Source: Schmidtea polychroa
Taxonomy: Eukaryota
Assembly (NCBI GenBank): GCA_044892525.1
Contig: CM097885.1
Span: 3,968,001-4,032,000, forward strand
Direction: 5' to 3'
Length of the DNA: 64,000 nucleotides
In this document: piece by piece, positions 35,690-48,753 of the stretch
Position numbering within the stretch: the stretch's first letter is position 1
Layout of the letters: each line of letters opens with the position of its first letter
Position numbers and translations under genes: made by a program
Notes under the pieces: model-generated
Seen by the model: the letters and a program-made list of their open reading frames with translations, nothing else
The model's database searches: none
Told to the model about the DNA's origin: nothing

Positions 35690-38600
35690 AATTATCAGTG
35701 TTTTTCTCATTTATTTATAAAATTATATTATAACAATCTTTCATTAGCTTTGATTCAAATGATTTAACTCTGTCACAGTTTATTATCCTTGGTGCTCCAA
35801 ACTTCATTATCCACTCTTCTTTCAGTAATCTTACCACTGTTTTTTCATCTTGCGATTTCACTGCATATAAAGAAATAAACTTACTATGATGATCTATAAT
35901 CCCAAGAATATATCTTTCTCCTTTCATTTCAAGTTTAATTGGATTCAAAAATCTATATAGATTGTTTCAAATAGTTTCGAGTCACTTTTGCAAATTATTT
36001 CTTTTTTTGTTTTAGTTGTATCAACCTTTCTTTTCTGACAGTTTTCACAGGATTGTACAACATTACGAATAGATTGCTCCAAATCTTTCATATCAAAATT
36101 GTTTGATACATACATTTTTACTTTATTAGTACCCGCGTGACAGAGCTTTTTATGATATTCTATGATGAATTCAGACTTGTTTTCTTCTGGAATCCAAATT
36201 TTATTATTATTTGTCATAATCACTCCGTTGAAATATTTAAAAAAATGTTTTATCTGGCATCAAATTATTATTTTCTTTTATATTTTTTATTTCTTTCGAG
36301 TTCTTTTGTCATATATTTTCAATATTATCAGTCATCAGTGTCAAAAATCTTGTTTCTAATTTACCCATTTTAGAATTTTCATGAATCATTTGCAATTGAA
36401 CACATGTTTCACATTCTTTTCTAGATTAAGCGTCGGCATTATTGTGGTTATCACCTTTTCTGTATTGAATCTCCATGTCCAGACCATTAAGATGGTTTAT
36501 CCAAGTTTGAAATTATGGGGTAATAGCTTTCTTTGTCTTCATCATAAATGTAATGGCTTTGTGATCCGTCCTCAAAATAAACTTTTTACCATATAGATAA
36601 TGCTTAAAATCACCAGTAAAATAAAATATAGATAGTAATTCCTTTCTTGTTATACAATAACCCAACTCATGTTTATTCATAGCTTGGCATCTATATGCGA
36701 TTACTCTTTCTTTACTTCCATCTTTTTGAGACAGAACAGCACCAATGCGGTCAAAACTTGCATCTGTATCTCAAATGAATGGCTTCGAAAATTCTGGGAA
36801 CTTCAATACAGGTGTAGATGTCAATTTCAGTTTTAAATTTTGAAATGAAGCTTCACACTCATCATTCCACATCAGCTTCTTTTGTTTACTTCCACATAAC
36901 GCTTCTAATACTTTGAAATCTTTGGTGTAATTTTCTATAAATCTGCGATAGTAATTTGCCAAGCCTAAAAATCCTCTCAAACTTCTTACGCATTTAGGTC
37001 TTTCAAAATGTTTAATAGTTTCAATCTTGCTTTCATCCGTACGTATTTGATCTTCACCAATGATATGACCCAAAAATTTTACTTCTTTCCTTTTGAATTG
37101 ACATTTTTCTGGACTTATTTTAAGATTTGCTAATTTAATCTTTTGAAAAACCTTTTCAATGGTACTATAATGTTCATTCAATGTCTTTGAAAATATAAGG
37201 ATATCATCCAGATATACAATTGTTCCATTCCAATTTTATTCTCCAAGAACCAAATTCATAAGTCTTTGAAATGTTGCTGGTGCAGCTGCTATTCAAATGG
37301 AATTCTGTTAAAGTAATATTGCTTGCTTTTTGTCGAAAATGCTGTTTTCAATTTTGATGCATCATCGAGTTCTACTTGATAATAAGCATTGCCTAAATCA
37401 ATTGTCGTGAAAATCTTTGCTCCGTCAAGAATATCTAATAATTCATCAGTATTTGGAATGGGAAAAATCGGTCTTTCGGTTATATTATTTAAAGCATGGT
37501 AGTCCAAGCATATTCTTATATCACTACTGTTTTTCTTTTTAACACATACTAATAGAGAATTCCAAGGAGATGTACATTCTGATATAATGCCATATTTCAA
37601 CATTTCTTGAATATTTTCTTCAATTTTTTCTATTAAATGTATAGGTTGTGGCCTTGGGTTTATTACAATCGGACTACCTTTAGTAAGTATTTCATGCTTT
37701 AATAGTTCGGTTTTCCCAACATCCCATTTATGTTTCATAAAAATACCGTCAAACGTGGAAATTAAATTATTTATTATCTTATCTTCACTTATGTGGTTAT
37801 TAAATATATTTTCCATAATTGCATTTATTTTGTTTGTACGGTTTTCTATTTGCAATTGCATTCCAAATCTTTCGAGAAAATCTATACCTCCTATTAACTT
37901 TGGGTTTATATTTTTGGCTACAACGAATTATACTTTTTTAATACCAGAAATTTTATCAACTTTTACATTTAATAAAGTTTTACCGCAAATTGCAATCGGG
38001 CTATCATTCGCATTTTTTTTTAAATTACTTGTAGTCATATTCAAATTTCCAAGTTTTTTAAAAATATTATAATCAATCACACTTATTTTACCTCCAGTAT
38101 CTAATAGGCATACTAATTTTACATTATTAATCATCACGGTAACACTGGGCCCTCTCTGCATTTTATCATATACTATTATATCATTCCGTTTATCACGATT
38201 AAGAACATTTATTTCATTAGAAGTTAGAGGTGGGTCTTTAAAAACTTCATCCATACAAAATTTATTAATGTATATATAAATATAATTTCTATAATCAAAA
38301 ACACCATCACAACAGTTATCATCCAAACTATCACAATCATTCAAAATCATAGAAGCCTTACTCATATCATTAATTACCTTTAATTTATTGCTCCGATCGC
38401 CTCCTCGTGTGGTGAAGCATTCCCATTTGGGTACTCAAAATCAGCCTCTGGATCTTCGTCACCGAATGCAGCCACTGATTTATGGAATTTTCGACATCTG
38501 TCTGGAAATAACTAATGGCACTGATGTTTGAAATGTCCAGATCTTTTACAATGGGCACATTGAATATTGGGGCATTCAGATCTTCTATGACCTTCTTCGT

Positions 38601-38880
38601 GGCACGCCCAACATCGCAAAATTTGATTTGTTCGGACATGATCTCTCGAATGAAATTCCCTGGTATTATAAGGCTTACTTCTATTCATAGTTTTCCATCC
38701 ATTTGAAATAGCATATCGATGTTTTCTGGTAAGATCGCCATTGAATCTTGGATTATGTTGAGGTTCTCTTGTATATTCATCTTTAAATCTGTGATTAGCT
38801 TCTCGTTCTCGATTTGATCTGTTATCATAACTATATCTTGATGAAAGCTTCAGCTTAACATTTGATGAGTGGGCGTCCAT
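35690..38880 (-). mobile_element. Decayed Ty3/Gypsy gag-pol
   Basis: CCHC knuckles (CWACHEEGHRRSEC), protease LLDTG, RT (IDLGNAYYQV, YLDDILI), RNase H region, and integrase HHCC plus core, in Gypsy order. Many stops and frameshifts. Confidence 0.92.
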
Positions 38881-38899
38881 AAAAAACAGAAGATATATA

Positions 38900-39277
38900 A
38901 ATATAAATGTTCATTCTGCTTGCAAAATATTTTGGAACCTCGGACTGACTCCTATACATGGCTCACTACCAGCTGAAAAGTGTGTTGAACTTGTAGATAA
39001 AAAGCTAGTAGATAATGGCCTTTCTTTAAATGAAAACATTGTTTGTATAACGACAGATGGAGCGTCAGTTATGACTAAAGTAGGAAGATTAATAAATGCA
39101 AAACAGCAACTTTGTTTCGCACATGGCATACAATTAGCCGTCATCAAAGTACTTTATCAATTTATTTTGAGATTTATTATTTTTTGAAATACCGGTATTG
39201 ATACTGGGATCCAGGTACCAATAAATGTCAATACCGAAATACCGGTATTGTTTTTTTTTGTTTTTTTGCAATCCCTA
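38900..39277 (+). mobile_element. hAT transposase fragment plus TIR
   Basis: ITTDGASVM...QQLCFAHGIQLAV, then ATACCGGTAT repeats and a TGCAATCCCTA end. Confidence 0.8.
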
Positions 39278-39989
39278 GTTGTGGAGAAATTAATGCTGTA
39301 TTGAATGGCAGTAAAATGCACCTAAATGCAATACTAAAATTGCCTTATATCAAATTGAATAATGCCTTAACATTTCACCTCCGCCAGCTATTTGTGAGGC
39401 ATTTCAACGCAATCCACAACAACAATACTGATAAAATGTTCCAAAATTGCTTTCATATCAGTTTGGGTAAGTTTACCAAAATGAGAGCTGTCGATGCGAT
39501 GAGGGCAATCGGTGTTTTCTAAACTCTATCAAATTCTGTTACGCATTCATTTAATCATTAAATGAATCACTTTAATTAATTTTTGCTTTGAATCTTTCAT
39601 GAAATTTGGATCTCTTAAAGGTCTCCTGTCGGATTTACTAATAATATTATTACCCATTACTCCTTCCTTTCTCTTTGAATCTAGTATCATGTGATTTATT
39701 TCACAATTGCGCAAGGTGAACATTAGACGTGAGTGTATAAAGATTTTATAGGCTGAGATTTCTTTTGCTGGGTGTAGGTGTGATTAGAAGACCTTTATAG
39801 TGTCTATGAGTGCTTGTTCTAGGCTTCCGTCTATATTATGTCTATGTTTATAAGATAAACCGACTCCTCAATATATATAAATATTCGAGCCGTTTATAAT
39901 CGGTAGTTTTTCATTGTATAGTTCCGTAGGGCATTCGTTTTCATTGAGTGAGAAATATCCTGATTTTGATGGTTTAAAATTAACATTTA

Positions 39990-41220
39990 CTTTTGTGCAA
40001 GGTTAACTGTTTCTGTCAGTGCTTTTTAATTGATATTTAAGAGAGAGATGCTGGTACGATATCGCCTGCCTTAGCTAATATGCTGATTTTATGTCCATGG
40101 AAAAGAAAAGGATGATCTCCTAGGATTTATTTAGTATAAAATCAATTGCTAACCAAAAATAAGTCATAGATATTGGGCAACCTTGTTTAACCCCCTTTAT
40201 AAAAGGTACTGGAGATGATTTTTCTCCTTCACATTCAAAGAAGGTTTTTACGCCATTATACATATCTTTAGTTAGATTTACGGTTTTGTCGATAAGACCC
40301 ATTTCTGTTAAATTGTGCCATATGAGGTCATGTTTGATGGACCCGAAGGCGTCTGAAATATCCAAATACGGTCTTGCCAACTTTCGCTGTAAGTGATGCT
40401 TCATTATCAATTCATAAGGTTCCTGATCGGAACGCATCCTGGTAATCCTCGTGCTGTATCGGTACAGGCCGCCTGGGCATTGATGTGGCTGACAGAAAGC
40501 TGAATAGCGGTGATTTCCACAATAATACTCAAACGCAGTTCTCTGCACTTTGCATTCCTTTATTGTTGTTCAATAAAATTCACTTTCTTAGTAGACATAA
40601 AAGATAGCATTTTCTGCTAAATGTATGCTCGCTGGATACGCTTCCTTGCACTCAATTGCATCAACTGATGAGCATATTCGAGTTACCTTTGTGTCATGAC
40701 AGTCAAACGCTGTCAATATGCCCATCATTACTAGGAACATTAGCATCATGCTTGTCATATTTCTCGTTCCTGCATTTCCGAATACTTTCTACGAATTCAT
40801 AACTTCGGTTCTGGGTGAATTACATCATCCCAAAACTTATTTGCCGTCATCCTCGAGGTAACAGACCACTATTTCCACCTTTTGATCTATTTTTCGATTT
40901 ATGAGTTTAGTATCATTATTGATACTGATGTCAATACCTTCCCTCTTGTTAATCCTTGCTGCACGAATGCCTTTATTACATTTTGAATTGCTCCCACTGG
41001 AGTATTTTTTGGTAATTTATCCATTCTCTTTCTGATTGATGCGGTTATTTTATGAACTGCAATTTCCTTTTTCATCGTCATTGCCATAACAACAACATAA
41101 CATTTTTCTGCTACCGTTTCCTCCCTTGCCTGCTCGTCTACCTCTTGGCTATCTCTGCTAAGGTTTTCATTTGATCTTTTCTGGGACGCCTCGCTAAACT
41201 TTCTTTGGTTTCATGGGAGG
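39990..41220 (-). mobile_element. Non-LTR retrotransposon RT remnant
   Basis: YLDISDAFGSIKH...GVKQGCPISM. Confidence 0.85.
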
Positions 41221-42299
41221 TTTTACTGGATCCGGGTTTCTAGTGCTTGTGATGCGGTTGGGCAAATTGATATAAACCGAAGCTATTTAGTTGATAGAAA
41301 AGTGATATAAAATTGTTGGAATTCAAAAATCGAATGGCTGTGAAGGATTTGCCTGACATTGCAGGAGGAATCTGCGGAACATTGTAAAGCCATTCAGTAT
41401 CTAACGGATCAAGTTGGTCATGATCGCGATGTCAATGAATACATGGATCAGAAACTCATCGAGATAAAGGCAGGCTTCAAGAATCAATAAGTCCCAAAGG
41501 TGTGGAAGCGATTTGAGGAAAAGAAAAGCACATTTGAGGAGACAAGTCAATTCTATGAAGCTGATATTGATTGGAAGCAAGATTGTGCTGACATTCAGCT
41601 GCAAAACCTCCAGGAAAGTCATGATTTTAAAGAATCAGTAATTAAAGGGGGAAAAGCGGCATTCTGTGAAGGAGAAAAAGAAAATAGTAAACCATTTGAA
41701 GCTGGCCTAGAAAAGCGCAAGAGAGAATTGATGAAACATTTTACCAAAGAACTTGCAGTAATCGATGAAAACTTTAAATTTTGATTTTGTTATTGATGTT
41801 ACTTTGTTATAATCATTAATTCATGTTTTTATTTTTGGTGTTTTATCCTTTGCTGAAGCCTTTTTTTATTTTATTCACTCAGATTTATTTACAATCTTTT
41901 TAATTAGAAATTGTATATAAAATGTTTATTTAGGGGGTTAATAGCGAGTAATTTAATGAGATCATGATGTAAATGGTTTAGAAACAAAAACGTGCTGCTA
42001 TCTAATCATAATTTCTAGTCAAAGTTTGTATAAAAGAAAAGCTGGTAAACAAACAAATATATTAATAGTTTTATATATAAAATTCTTAATTTTTGATTTT
42101 AAATATATCATTAATAAACTACTGATAAATTGTCAATATTATATATTGATTTTATTATATAATATTTTATATTGGCAAATAAGCATTAAGAGTTAGGAAA
42201 GAGAGACGTACACAACAACAATAAGATAACGATTGAATATCGTAATTATAAATACAAAGTTAAAAGTAGTAATTTAACACCGCACTACAGTGATATTTG

Positions 42300-44471
42300 C
42301 TTTCTGGGTTCCCAATTTCCATTGGTGTTAGCCATTGCTGTTTGCCGGTTTCTAGATTAACTTATATATTCTCCATTATGTTTCGTATTCTTTCTACTTG
42401 CTCTTTGTTAGCTAATTGTTCTTGTTGACTTTCTTGTCTGTTGTCCTCTCCTTTCTGTCGTTTTTTATTAGAATTTTCTATAGCTTTGTCCTTGTCGTCT
42501 CGATTTCCTTTCCTTGCTTCTGCATTGGGATATCTGTGGCCCTCTGGCTTGGCCTTTCTCCATATGCATGCTATGCACCTTGGTTGCGGTTTATATGGCT
42601 GAAAAATGCGGTAATCACAACATTGATCTTCTGTAAAATCTGGTGCGGTGCTCGATATCTTTATCATCCCGGTTTGTCCTTGGACTATTACTCCGCCATT
42701 CATCCTCAATTCTCCCGATCTAAAGAATTCGTTGCAGCCTTCTCCCGAAGCGTTAATTATTTCTCGTGCGATGTGTGGGAATGAGCTACACAATGGTATG
42801 CTAAATTCCGTTTGGTTATCATGCATTCCCTGGCTTGTGCTCGTTTTATATCGGATTCCACTTGGTATATGTAATACGTTTTCTTGCACTCCATTAGTCC
42901 CAGTTTGCTTGGTGTGGCTTGTTTGCATTTCTCGATATCTCTCAACTCTCAATTGAACATCTTTTCCGCATGGCTGATTTATCACAATGGAATGCTAGAA
43001 ATGCCGATGCTCCGTTGGAACATAGCATCCATATCATCATGGTCATCATTAATGAGTTGATCGCCGCTTTCACACTTCCCACGTCTTTTGTTGGTAACTC
43101 GAATTCTAATTGATTTAGCAGCTTCCTCTAATCTCATTTATCTTGGCCACCTTTCTCTGGTGCTGTATAAATCGTTTTCATCCTCCGGTACGCATAATGT
43201 CGGGTTCAATTTTCATTGCGATGATGGCGGCTGTCATTTGCAATTGGTTTATAAATTGTTTGTTGGGTATTTGAGGGCTGATAATCCCATCAGCTTATTC
43301 ATTAAGGAGGGTTATTGCTACCAAGCAATGTTCGCCGTTGTCATCTAGCCCTAGTGGTGCTATTACTCGTTTTGTGGTTTTATTTCTCTCTTTTATCAAT
43401 TTTAGGATTATTACTGATACCGTGTTCCATAACTGTTTGGTGTCGTTACTTGCTTGTTTTCGCTGCGCAATCTTCGTAATTGTGAGTTTGTTATTATAAT
43501 GATATCCATCAACAACTCCCGTAGCCATCTGGTCCCTTGTGCTGGTTTTATCTCATAGGATATTTCTCCCAGCTTTTCTAATCTTATTTTCCATTGCTCT
43601 AGTTTTAACTGGTCTCTTGTTTTGGTTTCGGGCTTTTCTCCTTGATATATGTTCTCGGTGTGACCTCTCCGTCCACATCTGTTACTAGCTACATATCGGA
43701 AGCAGTCTCTATCCCAATGGCAGGCTTTTCCACATGTTCTGCATTGCTTATTGTTGTTCATTCCGTTACAATTCGAAGAATTATTTCTTGTTTCCGTTTA
43801 TATTATTATTATTAGTATTGTTATTATTGTTCATCTCGGGTCTTCTTTATTGCGCCTTAAATATTTGATGCGCTCCAGGTATGAATTGTTTCCCTTTGAG
43901 GCCATTATTGTTGTTCTTATTGTCATGCTTTGTTGTCACCGTGGCTATCATTCCTTCCTCTTGCATCACATTCATTTTTGCAGCGGAATGTAGCTCGCAT
44001 ATGACTGGCCTCTTCTAATGTTTTATACATTTGGCATCTCACTGATGCTCGTATTTCTTCCCTTCACAAAAAAATTACAATAAATATCCGATTAAATTTT
44101 CCTCCTGTAATTTTCCATCCAAAGCTTTCTTTGCTAATCTCCTTAATTCACTTGCAAATAACGTCAATGATTCATTCGGTCTCTGCTTCCTTGCTGACAG
44201 TTCGCTTAACGCTTGGTTGATTAGTTTGCTGGCCTCAAAAGTTGATTTCCCATTTATTTAAGTCGAATTTCCGCTCTTCTAGTGCACTATTGCACAGAAA
44301 TAGTGGCAATCGTTACATGGTGGCTTCCGATGTCCCTCCGCATACCGTGATATGCACTTCATAATTTCTCAGGGAAATAGCGAGCTTATTCGCACTTCCA
44401 ATAATTTGTTCGCCTCGAAATTTCTATTTATACTTTTCACATCGGTTCGCTGGTACATTTGTGTCGGCCAT
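42300..44471 (-). mobile_element. Pol-deleted gag-env retroelement, copy 1
   Basis: Gag from the ATG at 44471 with CCHC knuckles, a short integrase C-terminal-like remnant (LEKLGEISYEI), then a signal-peptide-led Cys-rich env-like frame starting at about 43049. Confidence 0.7.
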
Positions 44472-45328
44472 GGTTGTTTTTTTTTATTTTTACTAATTCT
44501 ATATCTGTTATTAGCACCGTCCGTAAATATATTCGTGTTTTTATTATAGTGTTTAAAAATTAATATTTCTAGTTATAATTGTAGTGAGGCGTTACACGGC
44601 CTTAACAATATCTATATACCTATTATACTATATCATATTATATTATATTATATCTATAAATGCGCGGTGACCAGCGAATAAGGACCAAGCAGAACACAAT
44701 TACAGTCAATCAAAATTCGTGCGATCAGCAAATACTTCTACTTATCAATCAGGCTCTATTAATCAATCTCAGGCGAGTAAAGCAAATTCGATGCCATGTT
44801 ATCATTATCAAGATAAACTGTATTCGGCTCCCAATAGTTTTAGTGTTGGCTCTCATAGACCAACACCCTCATCCATTACAATTCGCGAAATACGTAACAA
44901 ATCCTAACAATAATATGAACCCGAATAGATCTTTTTATCAAACCACCACACGTCTTTACAAATTCTGATCAATGTGATTATGCAAAAAAAGGACCAGAAC
45001 GGCAAAGGATATACATTTCCTCAAATATTGTATGCGAATGACAATGGTCAAATTGGTTCATGGACAAATCGGCAGGCTGTAAAATCTTTAGAAATAATCG
45101 GACTATATGAAATTATTATTTTTAGTTAACATTTTGTAAATGAGAAATGGCTGTTGAATATGTTTATCTGGTCTGATTATATTTACATTTTTTATGTAGT
45201 TTCTATTATATATTTTTGTTTTACTTATATATGAAAACTTTGTAATTCAAATTAAAAATTTTGGTAATTTAAATAAAAACTGACATTAACTCTTTATGAT
45301 TTATTTTATAAGTTTTCAATTTTATCAG

Positions 45329-45532
45329 CCAATTTGTAGAAAAATGAGACCATTATATACATATAAGGAATTAATTAATTGGAAGCCAGTTAATACTAGC
45401 AACAAATGTATATTTGATTACCAGAAACCAATATTCCAAGAAATGAATGGAATGAAAGTTGTCGAAAATCATAATTCGCAACGCAATAAAGTTCTCTTAT
45501 GTCATGATATGAAAGGCGGTTATCTAGACGAT
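45329..45532 (+). pseudogene. ENGASE: Endo-beta-N-acetylglucosaminidase (GH85) N-terminal fragment
   Basis: ELINWKP...KVLLCHDMKGGYLDD matches the GH85 LxCHDMxGGYxxD motif. No downstream catalytic exons are visible. Confidence 0.75.
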
Positions 45533-46539
45533 GCTCTTACTGAAAATTCTATTGCCAAATTACCAAATCGGATTGCCCCAACCACAACAATAATAAATGA
45601 CGCTTTTATTGTTTTTAAAAAATGAATGGTAAATGAAAATAATTGTCAACTGAAACTCTTTAAAATAATAAAACACCATATTGAAATAAAAATTAAGTAA
45701 AAATTTGAAAAATTTGAAATTACAACGAAAGACACAAAATATAGAATTCTAATTTTTATTCACAAAAGATCTGCTTAGAATTCATAACTAACACCAAGCA
45801 AATAACTAGATACCAAACAACTAGATACTAACAACCAAGTATATACAACTAGCCACTAACATCTAGAAACTGTCTACATAGTACAAGATATCCACAACAA
45901 CAACAACCGGATACCTAGAACTAGTTACCAACAACCTGTTACCAACTAGGTACTACAAATAGCTACCAAGTACCAACCTCAATTAAATACTTGAAGAATC
46001 ATCGGGTTTTGAGAATTGAAATTTTAAATGAAAAATTTTAAAAGAAATAAATTTTAAAGATGATTTTAAATGAAAATATTTCTTCAAAAATTAATTTTAA
46101 TTTTTTTTAATTTTAAACCGCTGGAACAAAAATAGATGTCTTTGTTACTAAAAATAGAACTACCTTGGCGAGTCATCGGATCAATGATCGGATCAAAAAT
46201 GTTACTAAAAATACATTCAAAATGTTACTAAAAATAGATGTCTTTGTTACTAAAAATAGAACGACCTTGATGACTCAGCGGCTGATAATTAAAACTTGAT
46301 GATGATAATAATAATAATAATAATAATAATAATATTAATAATAAATTTTGAAAATATCTTCGAAAATAATAATAATACTATTGATAATAATAAATAATAT
46401 TGAAATTAATAATAATAAATAATAATAATACTATTGATAGTAATAAATAATAAATCCCATGGGCGCGTCATTGTCTTTGTTCAAAAAATAAATGAGTCAT
46501 CGATGAGTACTTTTGTATTGCCGTTTGTTTGATATGTAT

Positions 46540-46946
46540 ATTATAAGGTTTGAAAAATTTAAACCTTGGATCCTTAGACTCTTTGACCTTCAAATTTGGA
46601 CCATGATACTTACATCTCAAATACCTTTTGTTTGATATGTATATTATAAGGTTTTAAAATTTTTGAACCTTGGACCCTTTCGGTGGTATGACCTTTGAGG
46701 GTATGACCATCATACTCATCTTTGTATTACCTTTTATTTGACATGAATATATCTATATGTATAATTTTTAAAGGTTTGTACCCTTTGAAGGTTTGAAGGT
46801 TCAGGACCATTCATAAACCTTTGAAAGTATGACCATGATACTTACATCTCAAATACCTTTAGTTTGATATGTATATTATAAGGTTTTAAAATTTTTGAAC
46901 CGTGGACCCTTGGACCTTCGAACTCACCATCAAAAGTCCTTTTGAA

Positions 46947-47025
<79 letters not shown>

Positions 47026-47083
47026 AAAAATATTTAATTTTGGATACCCTTTGAAGATTATTGACCCACCATATACCTTCGAG

Positions 47084-47159
<76 letters not shown>

Positions 47160-47500
47160 TGAAAAATTCGAAGGTTTTTGACCCTTTGAAGGTTATTGAC
47201 CAACCATACACCTTCGAGGATATGACCATCTTACTTACCTCTCAAATACCTTTCGAATGATTTGGTCAAGGTTTGACCTTAAAATATGACCTTGACCTTA
47301 AAGTATGACCTTAACCTTAAAATATGACCTTGACCTTAAAATATGACCTTGGCCTTAGAAAATGACTTTGCCCTTAAAATATGACCTTGATGAGTCATCC
47401 CATGGCCTTTTTGAGTCTTGGTCTTTGTTTCAATGTCCTTGATGAGTCATCGGGTGTTCCTCTGTTTCAATGACCTTGATGAGTCATATGTCTTTGTTTA
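46540..47500. repeat. Degenerate tandem array with (TA)n tracts and TGACCTT repeats
   Basis: Recurring TTTGATATGTATATTATAAGGTTT units, (TA)n at ~46949-47021 and ~47087-47156, and TGACCTTGACCTTAAAATA repeats at 47270-47390. Confidence 0.85.
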
Positions 47501-48371
47501 AAATTTGACCTTGAAAAAAATTTTTTACCCACCGCCGGGGGGTGTGCCAGAGGTGACATGTGCAAGTGGTGACACATCCTACTACTTTGAGATGATCGCA
47601 ATGATGACTGTTGCAACGGAAATTGTGATTATGATTGGCAGGACAACATCGACGATGGCCATTTTCACACGCTTTCAGAAATGATGTTTATATCATTGAT
47701 GATCTAGTGAAAACATTGTTTGTGAGTAAAATAAGACCCTCCTGTGGCCCTTTAATCAATCTCTATCGCTATTAATATCAACCATTATCACTCGCGCTTT
47801 GTACAAAAACAAAGTTTTAACGGTCCTCATTCTAAATTACAGTGGAAACTTCAATGGAGAAGTCTCGCCAGACCTGGTTCGAATCACGGCTGAGGCAACA
47901 TAGCAGGTGAACAGAGATAAAGCGTTGGTGCTCGATCAAAGTTGGATGGAATTTTTATTGTAACTTGCGGATTACGTCATAACGTTACACTGGAAGATCG
48001 AATCAATACAGAACTGTGAGAGGAGAACCATTGAGTGATGCAATAACTAAATATTACCATACAAGAGCAAGTCCAATGGCAATTCGTCATGAGAGCAGGC
48101 ATTCATGTGAATATTGGCGTTACACCTATTCAGAGATGGAACTGTTTCCCGTTATTTCCTGTGGCATCACGAGGCTACTCAATCGACAGCATTGATTTCC
48201 TCACCTGAAAAAAGAAAGACAGCAAAGCCTTAACCCGGAAAGTGAAAAAGGACCCGGAAGCTGAAATCTGCGCGAACTAGCCTACCCGATTGGAAACCCG
48301 ATTGGAATTGGAAAGCAATCATTTTGAATGATAATAAATTTTATATATTAAATCATAAATGGAAATTAGTC

Positions 48372-48753
48372 ACTGAGGAAGCCACTGATAGGGACCCAAT
48401 GATAGGAAGCCACTGATAGGAAACCACTTATAGGGAGCCAATGATAGGAAGCCACTGATAGGAAGCCACTGATAGGAAGCCACTGATAGGAAGCCACTGA
48501 TAGGAAGCCACTGATAGGAAGCCACTGATAGGAAGCCACTGATATGAAGCCACTGATAGGAAGCCACTGATAGGAAGCCACTGATAGGAAGCCACTGATA
48601 GGAAGCCATTGATAGGAAGCCCCTGATAGGAAGCCGCTGATAGGAAGCCACTGATAGGAAGCCACTGATAGGAAGCCACTGATAGGAAGCCACTGATAGG
48701 AAGCCACTGATAGGAAGCCACTGATAGGAAGCCACTGATAGGAAGCCACTGAT
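48372..48753. repeat. 14-bp minisatellite (GCCACTGATAGGAA)n
   Basis: About 27 head-to-tail units with no spacers. Confidence 0.95.

Noticed and set aside
46886-47260. ORFs with IYIYIY runs
   Set aside because: Translations of (TA)n microsatellites.
47868-47895. tRNA or B-box-like GGTTCGAATC
   Set aside because: No acceptor, D or anticodon stems can be folded, and the T-stem is imperfect.
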